Shown piece by piece: positions 38,901 to 50,700 of a stretch of 64,000 nucleotides of DNA; the stretch's first letter is position 1; the number at the start of each line of letters is the position of its first letter. Both the position numbers and the translations under genes were made by a program. The DNA is from Phoronis australis (lineage: Eukaryota > Animalia > Phoronida). The DNA lies in contig NMRA01000074.1 in NCBI GenBank assembly GCA_002633005.1, positions 1 to 64,000 on the forward strand, read 5' to 3'. The notes beneath the pieces were generated by a model, which was not told the DNA's origin, did not search any database, and saw only the letters and a list, made by a program, of their open reading frames with translations.

Positions 38901-40180
38901 AGGCGAACGCAACCTTTTTCATGTCATTTTTAGCAAAAATAAGGTTCGTTGGTTATCCCAGACATATTTTTCACTTATTTACTGCTTTTCGTAGTTTAAT
39001 TAATTACTCGTAGTCTACTCCGGAAGTGACGTTTTGGGAGGCAAGGATTTCGCGCCAGTTTCTTTTCATATAGTCTGACTGTGAGAGCAGTCGAGTCAGT
39101 CATTGTTTTACCTCGGTTGTTATAAGTTCAGTCGTGGTTTGCTTTTGCTTACGAGTCAGCCAACATGCCACGCTGTTGCTGCGTACTGGGGTGTACTCAT
39201 TATCGTCTCACGTACAGAGGAAGAACTAGTGTCCCACTTGCCCGAGTGTCTCACGACACACTCGCACGGGAGGGTGTTCTGAGCACCCAAACTGCTTACA
39301 TCCCGCCGTGTTACTCCCTCGCCACCTTCCAAATAGCTCCAATACAAGTCCACAATAAACTTATCAAACTTAGGCTCACCAATCTGTTCATTGGATGACG
39401 AACTGTCCTCTTCACTGGGTGTCGAACTGGGCCTGTATTCACTCCCACTACTCAACATCGCTGCAGGGCTGCTTACAGGATCTGCCGGGGCTAGAGACTA
39501 CAACACAGAGCGAATCACTGCTAGTTGCCGGAAATGCACGCAATGGGGTACGTTCGGAGGCACGGGTGACAGTAGATGAAGTGCCTCAGTCACTGTATAT
39601 AGTGGCCACAGCTCGCGAGGTTTTTCGCTTCAAAAACGCACTTCTCGGGGTTGGCGACGGGGCACTGCCGGGAACCAACAGCGACGGTATGGTACCCTTC
39701 TTCAGGCGTTGTTTCGCAGGGACCTTCATCAATTCAGCGTACATATCCCTGTGATAATTTGACTGCAGAAAATGCTCGGTAACCCTCCACTGTTTTGTAC
39801 GTTGCGTGGACGGGTAGCGCTGCGTTCTTCACATGAATGAGCTAGTCAAGTACGCCGAAGTGTGTCATCCTTCGGAAAGCGACGCAAGGTACCCAAAGCG
39901 CGTGTGAGACGATAATGAGTACATCCCGGCACGCAGCAACAGCAACGACCGAACTTATCACAACCGAGGTAGAACAATGACTGACTCGACAGCTATCACA
40001 GTCAGACTATACTGAAAAGAAATTGGCGCGAAAATCTTGCCTCCTAAAACGTCACTTCCGGAGTAGAGGACGAGAAATTAATCAAATTACGAAAAGCTAT
40101 AATTAAGTGAAACATGTGTCTGGGATAATCAACGAACCTTATTTTCGCTAAAAGTGACATGAAAAAGGTTGCCTTCGCCT
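38901..40180 (-). mobile_element. Kolobok-like non-autonomous DNA transposon with about 300-bp TIRs and a decayed THAP/transposase 5' region
   Basis: TTAA TSD (38897-38900 / 40181-40184) and termini AGGCGAAcGCAACC / GGTTGCCTTCGCCT. The arms are about 38901-39212 and 39903-40180. Minus-strand THAP remnants: CCCVPGC..LRRFPKDDTLRR..EHF..RLKKGTIPSL. Confidence 0.85.
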
Positions 40181-40445
40181 TTAAAGCAATTTTACCCATG
40201 AGACGGTGTTTCAAATTGCGACCCTCTAAGAAACCGAAACTCCTGAAAGAAGCCTCAGTATTGTATAGCTGAAAACTTCAACACAATGACATTCGCCAAG
40301 TTGATTGGCGACACAGTTATTGTAATCACACTTGCCTGCTACCTAGCTTAGCATGGTTTGTGCTTGATCAATGGATACATGTTGAATAACTTGTGATAGT
40401 GAATGGTAAGAGTAGGATTTGAGGGTCTCTGATTTGAAAATCAGG

Positions 40446-40492
40446 TACAGTACAATACAGTAAAGTACAGTACAGTACAGTACAGTTCAGTA
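40446..40492. repeat. (CAGTA)n pentanucleotide microsatellite
   Basis: About 9 imperfect units. Confidence 0.85.
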
Positions 40493-42136
40493 AAGATTCC
40501 TCTGAATATTGAATCACGCGTGCGCGTGTAACAGGTAGCTTGTATACAGTACATCAATGACAAACTTTTTCTTAGTTAAACTGTAACTTGCACGCTAATT
40601 CCTCATCTCTATGATTGCTTGGTCAAATTTGTTAGAAACACAACATATAGAGATGATGTGAATATGAATGATTTTAAAAACGAGTTTTGTGTCGAAAATG
40701 ACCCGCCGTAAATAACTCAGCCGTGTCCAGTAAGTACCGTGACGTGGTGTTGGGGAATAACACTATATGATGTGGGTTATGTGAGCCTCCATGGTACGTC
40801 AATAGTGCAAAGGTCACCTATTTGCTGAACTTTTTGTTTTCACATTTACAAGTTGTCATTGAATGCAAATGCACTTTGTCTTACGTAGATGTTCAAATAG
40901 CATTATTGTTAAGTTCCTGCAATACATTAGTATAGTTAGGAGCATGCAAATGCATCTTCAATGGCACAGACCACGTTAGTTCGAGTGGTTAATTTGGTGT
41001 TATCACTGGTCAAGGTCAATGAAAGCCCTTGTTTGCACCCTGTGTCTCAAGCCATCTGAAAAAGGCATGAATAACAGAAAGCACATTGGATGGGGCTTTT
41101 CAAAAGAGGAAGAAATTCGACAAAGCCATGTTTTTATGTTTTTGTTTTGCTAAGTCCACGGCAAAGAAATTGAGATGCCAAAAACGACTCAGAAATTTGG
41201 ATTTTGGCTTTTTTGTACCTAAAACCACAAACTCATGCTCTGGTACTTTAGTTTCAAAACTTAAGGTTCTGTCAATACCAATCAGATTTTTGACAATTTC
41301 CTCTTATCTGTAGTGTACCTGGATTTGTGCCAAAAACTCAACACTAAACATGGATGTGCTCCGAACATGGCTATAATTGCACTTATGCAACGTAACCAAC
41401 TTTTGGGCAAAAAATGGGGTGCAAATCCCAGAACCATGAATTGGATGTACATTGATATAATAAGACCGATCTTATCTTATTCATGTGTGCCTTGGGTCAG
41501 TGGAATTGAAAAACTGTACCTTAGGAATTTTCTTCAGAAGGTACAACGTTTAGCCTGTCTGATAACATCGGCACTTCCTAGCACCCCACTAGGTGCGATG
41601 GTGGAGTTGGTTAATATAGAATAAACTGATGAGTTCATAATGGATTTCCATGTCAGTGGGTACGTTAAGAAAAATAAAGAGCCATGTTGACATGTGTAGC
41701 AGTGTTAGAAATAAACTTGCACTTTTGTGCATGCCAACTGATCGGTCGGTAAAAAGTAAGACATTTGAAAGAAACTTTGAACGTTTTGATCTGAGTAGAA
41801 CTCTTGCGGTTGAATATGAAAGAAACATTGATGTAAGCACTCTAAAAGCGTGCAGTGATGGTTGAAAAACAAATGAAGTGGTTGATGCGGGTTTTCGTTA
41901 TGAATCCCCAACTGATATACCACCAACAGAAAATCTCTCTGTCTCGGAAAACATAGTAATGCAGTACTGATTTCCAAGCAGAGGCTTTTAAATTTTCTAA
42001 AGTTAAAGCAGAACTGCTTAAAAAAGGAATCCAAAATAAATCTGCAGCTATGTTGTCTGATAGCCAGGCAGCTGTTAAAGCCTTAAAACAGTGTTGTGAA
42101 GTCACACATTGTTCAGCAATGTATCACTAACCTTAA

Positions 42137-43785
42137 AGGAGAATGCCACCCGATTTAATTAGTCTTTTTTGCCGTCTTAATCGGTCTATATCCACATCGC
42201 CTCGCATACAGTCGACCTTACCTTGCCAAGTGGTGAAGCGTTAACCTGTGAGGAAGATGAGAAACTACGCTAGAGACGTCAGTGGTTCATATGCAGAGTG
42301 AATGCCGCTATGTTCCGGTGCATCGTTCCCGCTTGTCCGAACTAAGCAGCTGCGAGGAAAGCGGGTATATCTTTTTTACTTCCTCGAGAGTCCGAAATGC
42401 TTAGGAAGTGGCTCATGGTAGTGAAGAATGAAATGTACACTGTAAATAGCAAGTATGAGGCCGTCACATCTCCATGTCTGTGGCCTGCAGACGTCGACAG
42501 TGCCTGACGAATGGCGGCTTACCAAATAACTCCATACGTTCCGTTGTCTGAGCTTGTTCACGGCACCTCTCTAGTATTTCTTCATCACTATATTCCTGTT
42601 CGAATTGATAACCTGTAAAGCGTAATGATCCACCTGCGAATTCGGGACTGATCGAGCTCTAGCTCGTCCTAAGTCGGGATTGCGAGCTGCCAACTGAGCG
42701 TTCTGTTTCAACTGAATTATTCTCACCCTAACCAATACTCATATAAATTCTGTCTCATTAGATGCAATTTGTAATGCCTTTGGAGTGTTCGTGAGTGTAA
42801 ACGATTTGAGAAGCCAGCAATGAATAAATCTATGCGTTACCAGCTTTAGGTGCAATAAAATTAATTGACGGGACATCGAGGCCGTGTGAGCTCATGCTAA
42901 CTTAGTGTTTGCTGGCAGAAACCGTTGTGAAACAACTCGAGTTCCATACCACGGCCAGGTGTTAGGGGAATCTTTATTTACATTTACGTTACTCAAATAA
43001 TGATTGTCAATGTACAACTTCTGCCCTGACGGTGCTGTGACCAAAGCGGAACCTGAATTCGCGGCCCCCGACGAGTAAGTAGATTTGCAGTTTCGTGGCT
43101 AATTCACCAACATAATCACCGTGCACATAACTTTGGTTCACTAGTATGGTATTTTTGACTGGAAGTTTAGTTTCTACTGAACTTTGGCTGGTTTATGTTC
43201 GTGATGTCTGATCAGTTTCCGAGCCACTGTCCGGGATAACGGTGTAGTCAATCCGGCCGGCCGCGACGGGCTTGAACGGGCTCCGAGCCACTGGCCCGGA
43301 TAACAAGCGTTTTCTGTTTAGAACTCAAAAATCACAAATCTTAACAACACAGATCTAGGTTCTCCTGTCTGTATCTCACGGAAAATACTTCGAAATTATC
43401 TCCGAACAGACCCCAAACTCCTGCTACGGACCTTCTGGCCTACCGAACTTTGTAGGCTACGGTGTGTCCAAATACCAATAAATCCGTAAGAGCGAAATAA
43501 AACAACACGTTTTTATAAGAACTCGGTGTATTTTCAAGGGTTTTACATTCAAGTTTGATGATTTACTGGTGTTAAACGATGACTTCAAGCGATAAGCTGA
43601 CACCAGTAACCCATGTTGTGAACTACTGAACAGACTGCGTGTGAAACCGATGACGTCATTGGATAATTTCTACACCTCCGTCTGCCGTCAGGTGTCGGGT
43701 AACCCAACCGTACGTGTGGTTATGGAGTAGAACTACTCGATCTAAATTGATACAAATTAGGTTGTTTTTTGAGTGGCCTGCTCCT
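42137..43785 (+). mobile_element. Kolobok-like element inserted in the LINE RNase H domain
   Basis: TTAA TSD (42133-42136 / 43786-43789) and imperfect TIR AGGAGAATGCCACCC / GAGTGGCCTGCTCCT. THAP N-terminal remnant at about 42310 (MFRCIVPACPN*..GISF..LPRESEMLRKWL). Removing the element restores the LINE frame CITNLNKLG. Confidence 0.82.
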
Positions 43786-44077
43786 TTAATAAGTTGGGTT
43801 AATATAACCGTATCACAGTTGTCTGGACGCCTGGACACATTGGCACCCAGGGCAACGAGGCACTTGATCAATCATTCAAACCTGCTTCAGAACTTGAATT
43901 TTAAGGACCTGGACCAATATTGCCTGTCCCTTATGCTTCATGAATTTTGGGAATAAGAGTTTGGTAATTAAAACGATGGAAAACACCTTGGTTTAACAGA
44001 AGTGACTGCAGAAGAACAAAAGAGGTGGTGAGCTGGGTAACTCCCAGTCTTTCTGCCAAGCTTTTGAGTCTGGTCAG

Positions 44078-44228
44078 GCGTGCGTTCAGTTGACGCAAGG
44101 ACCTACGCTAGGACCTAGCTAAAATCTAGTCAAAGTCACATGTTTTCATTTGAAATACACGGCAATGTCTCACGTAATTTAGCGAAGTCTTGCTTTTTAG
44201 CGAGGTCCTAGCGTTATTGAACGGGAGA
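44078..44228 (+). mobile_element. CWG-TSD MITE copy 3, inserted in the LINE C-terminal region
   Basis: TSD CAG (44075-77 / 44229-31). Removing it restores the LINE frame KLLSLVRSQLQLVIQV. Confidence 0.82.
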
Positions 44229-47200
44229 CAGGTCTCAACTACAGTTGGTAATACAGGTGACAATGGATCACTGTAACCTGCAGAAACGTAAGAAAATAAC
44301 AGCTCGAGCAACAGGTTTTTGCTGCCCGAAATGATCATGGATGGAAGATGAAACACCAGTACACCTTGTCGGTCGGTGTTTCACTTACCAAAGCTTTAGA
44401 AGTAAAGTAGTTTCAATGAAAACTGTCTTAACTAAGAAAAACATTTAAATACTTGCAAAAATCCTCAAGCGGTCTGGTAGGCTTGCTGAGTATGAACATA
44501 TATATTTTTAAGCACGGTGTCTGTTGCAATGGGCCTGTAGAATGCCTAAGTAACGTGTTGACCTTTCTGTTTTGTGAACTTTATTTCTCAAAATTCGAAA
44601 AACCACTGTTCCATTACTATTGTCCACACAATAGTCATCAAACCTGATCCACTGTATTTTCCTCAGTTTTTAGGGGAGCTACAAAGGCCCGAACCAAATC
44701 CGGCGAATGTCGCAAGAAAATGTCGATGATTAGATTGATTTTCACCTAAAGGCTGTAACAGATGAGTAAAAATCTACGCCTCGTGAAACAAAAGTCTTCC
44801 AAAAAGGCAGGAGCTCAGTACCAAAATTTCGTGAATTCACCATTCTTGGCTCTGAAGATACCCCATGAATCTTAGTAAAAGTTCCACATTGTTTAAAATT
44901 CGAGCCCCTTTATTTTTTAGGCTGGGTGCGCGCGGGCATATGCGGTATTTTCAGACGAAAATAGCACCGGGTATCGAAAGTAATACCAAGGAACTTTTTT
45001 AATAGCTGTGTGTCTTATTTTCTGCTTCCTTTACTAGTAAATTGTCTTTTGCGTGAAATGTCTTCGATTTCCACGCCACAACAGTTTGGTGATCTACACG
45101 CCGACTTGGCGTGGACTTATGGAACGCAATATGGACCAGCTGGCTCGCCACCTGGTGACTGACCTAATCACATGGGCACTGAACAAAGTGGGAGGCTAAA
45201 GCCCCCACAGCCTCCCTGTGGTGCATTGCCTATAGATCATGCGCAGCGTACAAATGTATCTTAAAACAGTACATTTCACTGATCAACTTTTTTGTGCATT
45301 TTCAGAATATATTTTCGAAACTAAACATCCGACAGATTTGCTGTAACACGCGTGCGCCAGGGGTGTCTTGAACAACGTATCAAAATGTCCCAGGGTGGAT
45401 CAAGTTTTGTAAAGCCAAGGCAATAAAATACCGAGAGATAACTGATGCTGGGTTCTTAGCGTTTTACATAAACAACCTCATGGAAAATGTCAGTGCACAT
45501 CGAAGTTGGTTGCCAAACCCGTAACAATTTGTTTCAATTGAAACTGAAAAATGCAATGCGTTCTTATGTCGTCTAGACTTTTCGAATGTCTAGAGGAAGT
45601 TACACGAAAACACAATTCAATAACCGTTCGCTTATTTCCAAATCCGACACCGCATCTTATAATTAGAGAGATGGGAGACTTTTCTTCACACTGTTGAGCG
45701 CAAAAGGTTTGAGTGCATCGTAATTCAGTTGCCAGTCAACTACTCATGAAGAAAAGGCGTGACTCAAGTTGCACAATCCTGGTCTTTGGCACTTAGAGGT
45801 CCCGAAATTCCATTTTATGGACATTTCGAGTGACACATGCGTGTCAAGTCTGTTTCATTTAAATCACCCCTCAATTAAAACTGATGTAACTTAAGACATG
45901 AAAATGCATGAAGTTTTTACTGAAGAACCTATTATATAACGACCGATTAATGATATATTTTTGAATAAGCTTAAAATCTTTTAAGTCTAAGAGCAACAAA
46001 AATTAAGAAGGTGAACGGCATTCGTTCAATGGGAAATTAGTGCAATAAAAACTTGCAAGAGCTGGCGTTAGATCTCTTCTCAATACGCTATTCCAAAGCA
46101 AAGTGCAAAAAAGTGCAAAGACGCGCTTTTTGTGCTGGAAACTTTCAAGGCGAAAATCTTACGTAATTCGAGAGATAAATCTTGTTGATTGAGAAGCAGT
46201 GGTGTGTACCTAGCAATCTGAATTGGTGCTTACAATACTGCTGGGATATTATGTAAATTGAAGGTCAACGTTTCAACATTTTCATTGGCATTTCAATACG
46301 GCTGGTTCATCAACTATACCTAGCCATTGCGAGTGTACCAAGTATCAAAACTCATTCCCACACTTGAACTTCTAAAAAGGAGCTACAGGATTTTGCCCAA
46401 TGAAATTCCCTCATGGCCATAAGCTCGCATGTCGTACTGGAATTGGTGACCATGCTGAGAGGTACATAGTCGCACTCGACACATATAGTTCCCCGGGCCG
46501 TTTATGTACCGAGCGCGACAATCTATATATAACGTCATACGAGCAATGAGTATCGTTCCCGGCCAGACGAGCAAAACGTTTTCTAATTTGTTCCTCGTTG
46601 AACATGCAACCCTTCCGGTTGCTTGATAAAATATGTTGGTTAGAATTCCTCCTGCATTCACTCCAGAAAACTCGATAAAATCGATGATTCACTCAACTCG
46701 TGCTTTTGGCTTGTCACTCGAACCTAGAAGTCCCATAGCTGAGAACTATAACACTCGCAATGTGTCTAAAAATGTGTATCCGTATGGCTTTGTCATTGAT
46801 AAGTTAACTTATACCAGTGCATAATCCGCAAATGCGACCAGTTTGCCGATCAAATTGCCGATCGGAGAGGCGATTCAACCGACGACTTCTAGCAGACCGT
46901 TGCTGGTAGGCTGCTGTTGGGCTAGACGACCGGTCGTAGACCGATTTTCCACCGGCCGGATATAAATTCGTGATGCCGTGTGCTATACAAATATGTACAT
47001 GTATATAGATGTAATCAAGAAGGCATTTCCGACGCCTTCCCGGTGTCACTGATTTACAAAGCTTCCATTTTGAAAATTTGTCAATAATGGGAAATGTTGC
47101 AGCCATGTATACACATATGTTAACATAGGCACTTAAAATTTAAAAGTTTAATCCACTCCTTTCCTAACACACTGTACTACATAATGCGTATAGGATAGGA

Positions 47201-47669
47201 TAGCGATGTATTTTGTTGCCGGTTATGTAATTCGAGCACAGTGGTACATTCATGCATGTACATGTACGTTGTAAAGGTTTAATTCGCTTGCTTATCAGGT
47301 TTTTTCAGGCGTGTATGCCATCCTCAACATGTATTGTATTTGTTGCATTTACCAATTTAAAAGACACATTTCACAGAAACGTGAAAGTTTAAGCATGGTG
47401 AATTTTACTTTACAAAATGCAAAGCTTTGTGAGATCAAAAACAGCAAAACAAAATTGCACCCCCAGAAGGGACCCACAGTTGTGATTTCATAAGACTTTT
47501 ATGACCTATGGACCACGTACTAGTAGCTCTGATCTGCCTAAAGTTATGTAATTTTGTTTCCAATTGAGTGTAAAGGAACCGTGACTGGCTCTGGGAGTGT
47601 ATACCCCGAGGCATGTAGAGCAAAAGTACTCATCACCTGTGACGCGAGTGCCGTCGTTGTACACGCATG

Positions 47670-47675
47670 TATAAA
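47670..47675 (+). promoter_or_regulatory. TATA box of the cysteine-rich precursor gene
   Basis: TATAAA about 30 nt before a pyrimidine-CA-TT start candidate (about 47700) and 87 nt before the ATG|gtaagt junction. Confidence 0.6.
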
Positions 47676-47756
47676 CCAAGTGATTCAGCGACGAACGCCT
47701 CATTTGAAAGTGGAAATTATAGTGAGAACGAAGGGTGAGCATTGCGTTAATTGACA

Positions 47757-50700
47757 ATGGTAAGTCTCCAACTCTGGAACTATTTCCTGTTTATATGTTT
47801 GAAAGACTTGTCGCTTTATAGTGTTCACTGCTGTGACAATTAGCACTAAAGTAAATGAAACTAAATGATTTGAATATTGCGTTGCCCGCAATTTTTTTTA
47901 CTGTTCAGTGTAACTTATTTTCAGCATGGGCTAAATTTTTTTAGCTTTAATGTATGTTCAAATCTCTGTCATCTTTTCGCAAAATTGTTGATGAAACGTT
48001 ACCGATCATGACATTAAAATGTTAAAACATTAAAGAATCCAAAATTTTATTACAAATATTAAAACAGTTAATCTCTTGTTTCCAGTACTGTGTGCTACGC
48101 AGAACTATGAATTCAATGCAGAGGTCGGTGCATGATATATTAACGAAACTAAAATTACATAATAAATATAGATTATTACATGGCGAAGTCGTTATCCCCC
48201 GTTATCTAGAGCACGAGTGGATTTTGGAGAATTATCGCCCGAGGGGCGTCAGCCCCGAGGGTGATAATTCTCCAAAATCCACGAGGGCTCTAGATAAGGG
48301 GGACAACGGCTGAGAACATGTTATTTTTGTCAAATATTGCTTTTATCGTGGTATAATACGTCTTATACCACAATATTAGCGCGAAATGGCAGATACAACC
48401 GTGTAATAACCCATAAAGTTATCTCACTAGTAAGATAACGATTTGGCGGGAAACCGAGGACGGGGTCGAACCCGGGACCCTAATATTGCTGGTCGCCGAC
48501 TACACCACGCAGCGACTGACGTCATCAAGTGTGAAAATAGAATACTTAAATGAGCACGCGCAATCGCACGTTCAACAAGCCGCATTGTACTGTACTTATA
48601 CGCTACGAAAAATAAGACACATAATTTCCATAAAAATGATATCTTAATTCAGTGAATTTTTTCTCTCATGTCCTCTTACTTGTAAATCACCGATCTCCAG
48701 TTTGAATGCAGGTATCGCGTCGTCAGGATCTTTGACTTGAGAATTACATTCAGTTACCAGTGGTAACCTACTTCAGCAGACGATAATTTTCCGGTCGAAG
48801 CTTAGCGTGTAAAAACGTGTTTTAAGCTGTAATAGTTGCTTAACCTTAATTTAGAGATTCACTTCATTTCTATTTCCAATTGGTTCTGAGTATAAGTATT
48901 ATTTGACAAAAATAGCTCGGCTTTTCTTAAAAGGTCACGACCTCCGACCCCGGGCCTCTGACATAAAAAGTAGTTACAAAGCCGAGGCGAGTCGAGAAAG
49001 GTAGATCGATTCATTGCAATGTTTCTCGTTTAGTATGTGGTATAAATAACGCCCCTCGGGCGATAATTCTCCAAAATCCACTCAGGCTCTAGATAACGGG
49101 GGATAACGACTTCGCCATGTAATAATCTATATTTGTATCCCCCAATACACGCCTGATCTGTTTAGGCGGCTAAAAACGAAAGGTTGAACTGTTAAGGTTA
49201 TGTCCAACCTTATTTAGTGGCCTCCATTCTAACACTTATATCAAAAAACTAAGCTTTGTCAACTAGTAAAAGTAAATATTTTCTGAAAGAACAAAGACCA
49301 GGAAATATAAATATACTTTTTTTATTTAGTTGTCATTATTATTTTTACGTAAAAAGCTTTTTTAAGTAAAAATTTCATTTTTAAGAAAGGTACATTCATG
49401 GCAAAATAACCCCTCGGTAGATTTTAACAAAACCTTTTTTAAATGAAAACTTCATCAATTACCTCAAAAACGCTGTTAGGAATTTTCGATTAGTTTGTTC
49501 GTTTGGTTTCTTTGACAAATCAACTCGCAAAAGGTAACGTATTTTTGTAAAAAAATTGAAGTCGTATTCGTCTTTGTCACATTACACAAAAATTAAGCTT
49601 TTATATCAAAAATCCTAACCGAGTTTTTGAGATTGGTGACTAGATATTAAGTTTGGAAAGTTTCAGCGAAATCCATCGAGCCATTTTCGAGAACTCGTGT
49701 TCCTAATTTCAAATAAAGTCGATTTGCCGAAGCTGAGAAAAAGCCGATTAAACTGGGACACGTGAAAATCTCTAAGTCTTTGGTTAATTATTCTGTGAAA
49801 ACTTGTTTTCGGTATACATAACCTACAGAATCCTTAAATATGTCACCTATTTCAATGTTTTCTTGCAATGTCAACTAATTTTGCAGTGCGTAACTAACTT
49901 AAATATCATTAAAACCTCAAATAGACCTATCTTTCGCAGCCAACTTTTGCCGTTTTGTACGACCTACTTAGAAAAGTAGGTCACAGTTCATAGCCTGTAC
50001 ACGTCACGTGCTGGGAGACTTATACCAAACCAAGTAAGAAATGGTTAACAAAAATTGAATTGGTGGTTAAAGTAAGTCGTTAACATGAAATCGAAATATC
50101 GAAATGTTAACTTAATAATTGAATTAAGGAATAAGGGGGAGGATTTATCTCTTTTCACGACTTATTGTGTTCATGACCAGACTGAGGCCTGAGGCAACTC
50201 GTAGCATTTGTTTTCAACCTCAACGGTCGTGTGCATGTAGACCCACAACTTTCTTTGGATAAAAACTGCGTTTTGCATTCGTTTTCCCCGGGACCATTCT
50301 ATCATAACCACACCTCGTTGGTTCAATGTTATGGCGAATTTGTGAATGAAAGGACTGAAGCTGTTCTGTACCTGGCAGGAGACTCGATTTACTTGAAAGC
50401 CCTTTAACCTTTGACCTTGGATAAGTGCTAAACAAATATCCACGCGGTTGTGCGGTTCCAAGGTGGTTCTGCTAAATCTTTTTTTTTCTCGCTACGCATT
50501 ATATATTTCGTATTTGAAGTTCCCCGAGAATGAAGATAAGGTATTTTGTCAGACACAAGTGAAATTTTGTAAAAATGGCCAATATTTGTGAATAAGGTTG
50601 GAAATATCCTTTTAAGGGAAGCGCTTTGGGGTTTGAAACATTGCTACTAGACCGGCAGCCCAGAGCACTTAGCATAGGATGAACGAGGTACCAACATCTG

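Larger units (their letters stand above)
41320..44385 (+). mobile_element. 3' part of an RNase H-bearing LINE (R1/Loa/I-group-like), degenerate and interrupted by two insertions
   Basis: Post-RT region (KKWGANPRTMNWMYIDIIRPILSY..KVQRLACL..PSTP), RNase H motifs (SDG, FQAE, SDSQAAVKAL, WTPGHIGTQGNEALD), and a decayed terminal zinc knuckle (HCNL..CCPK..EDETPVHLVGRC). Confidence 0.85.
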
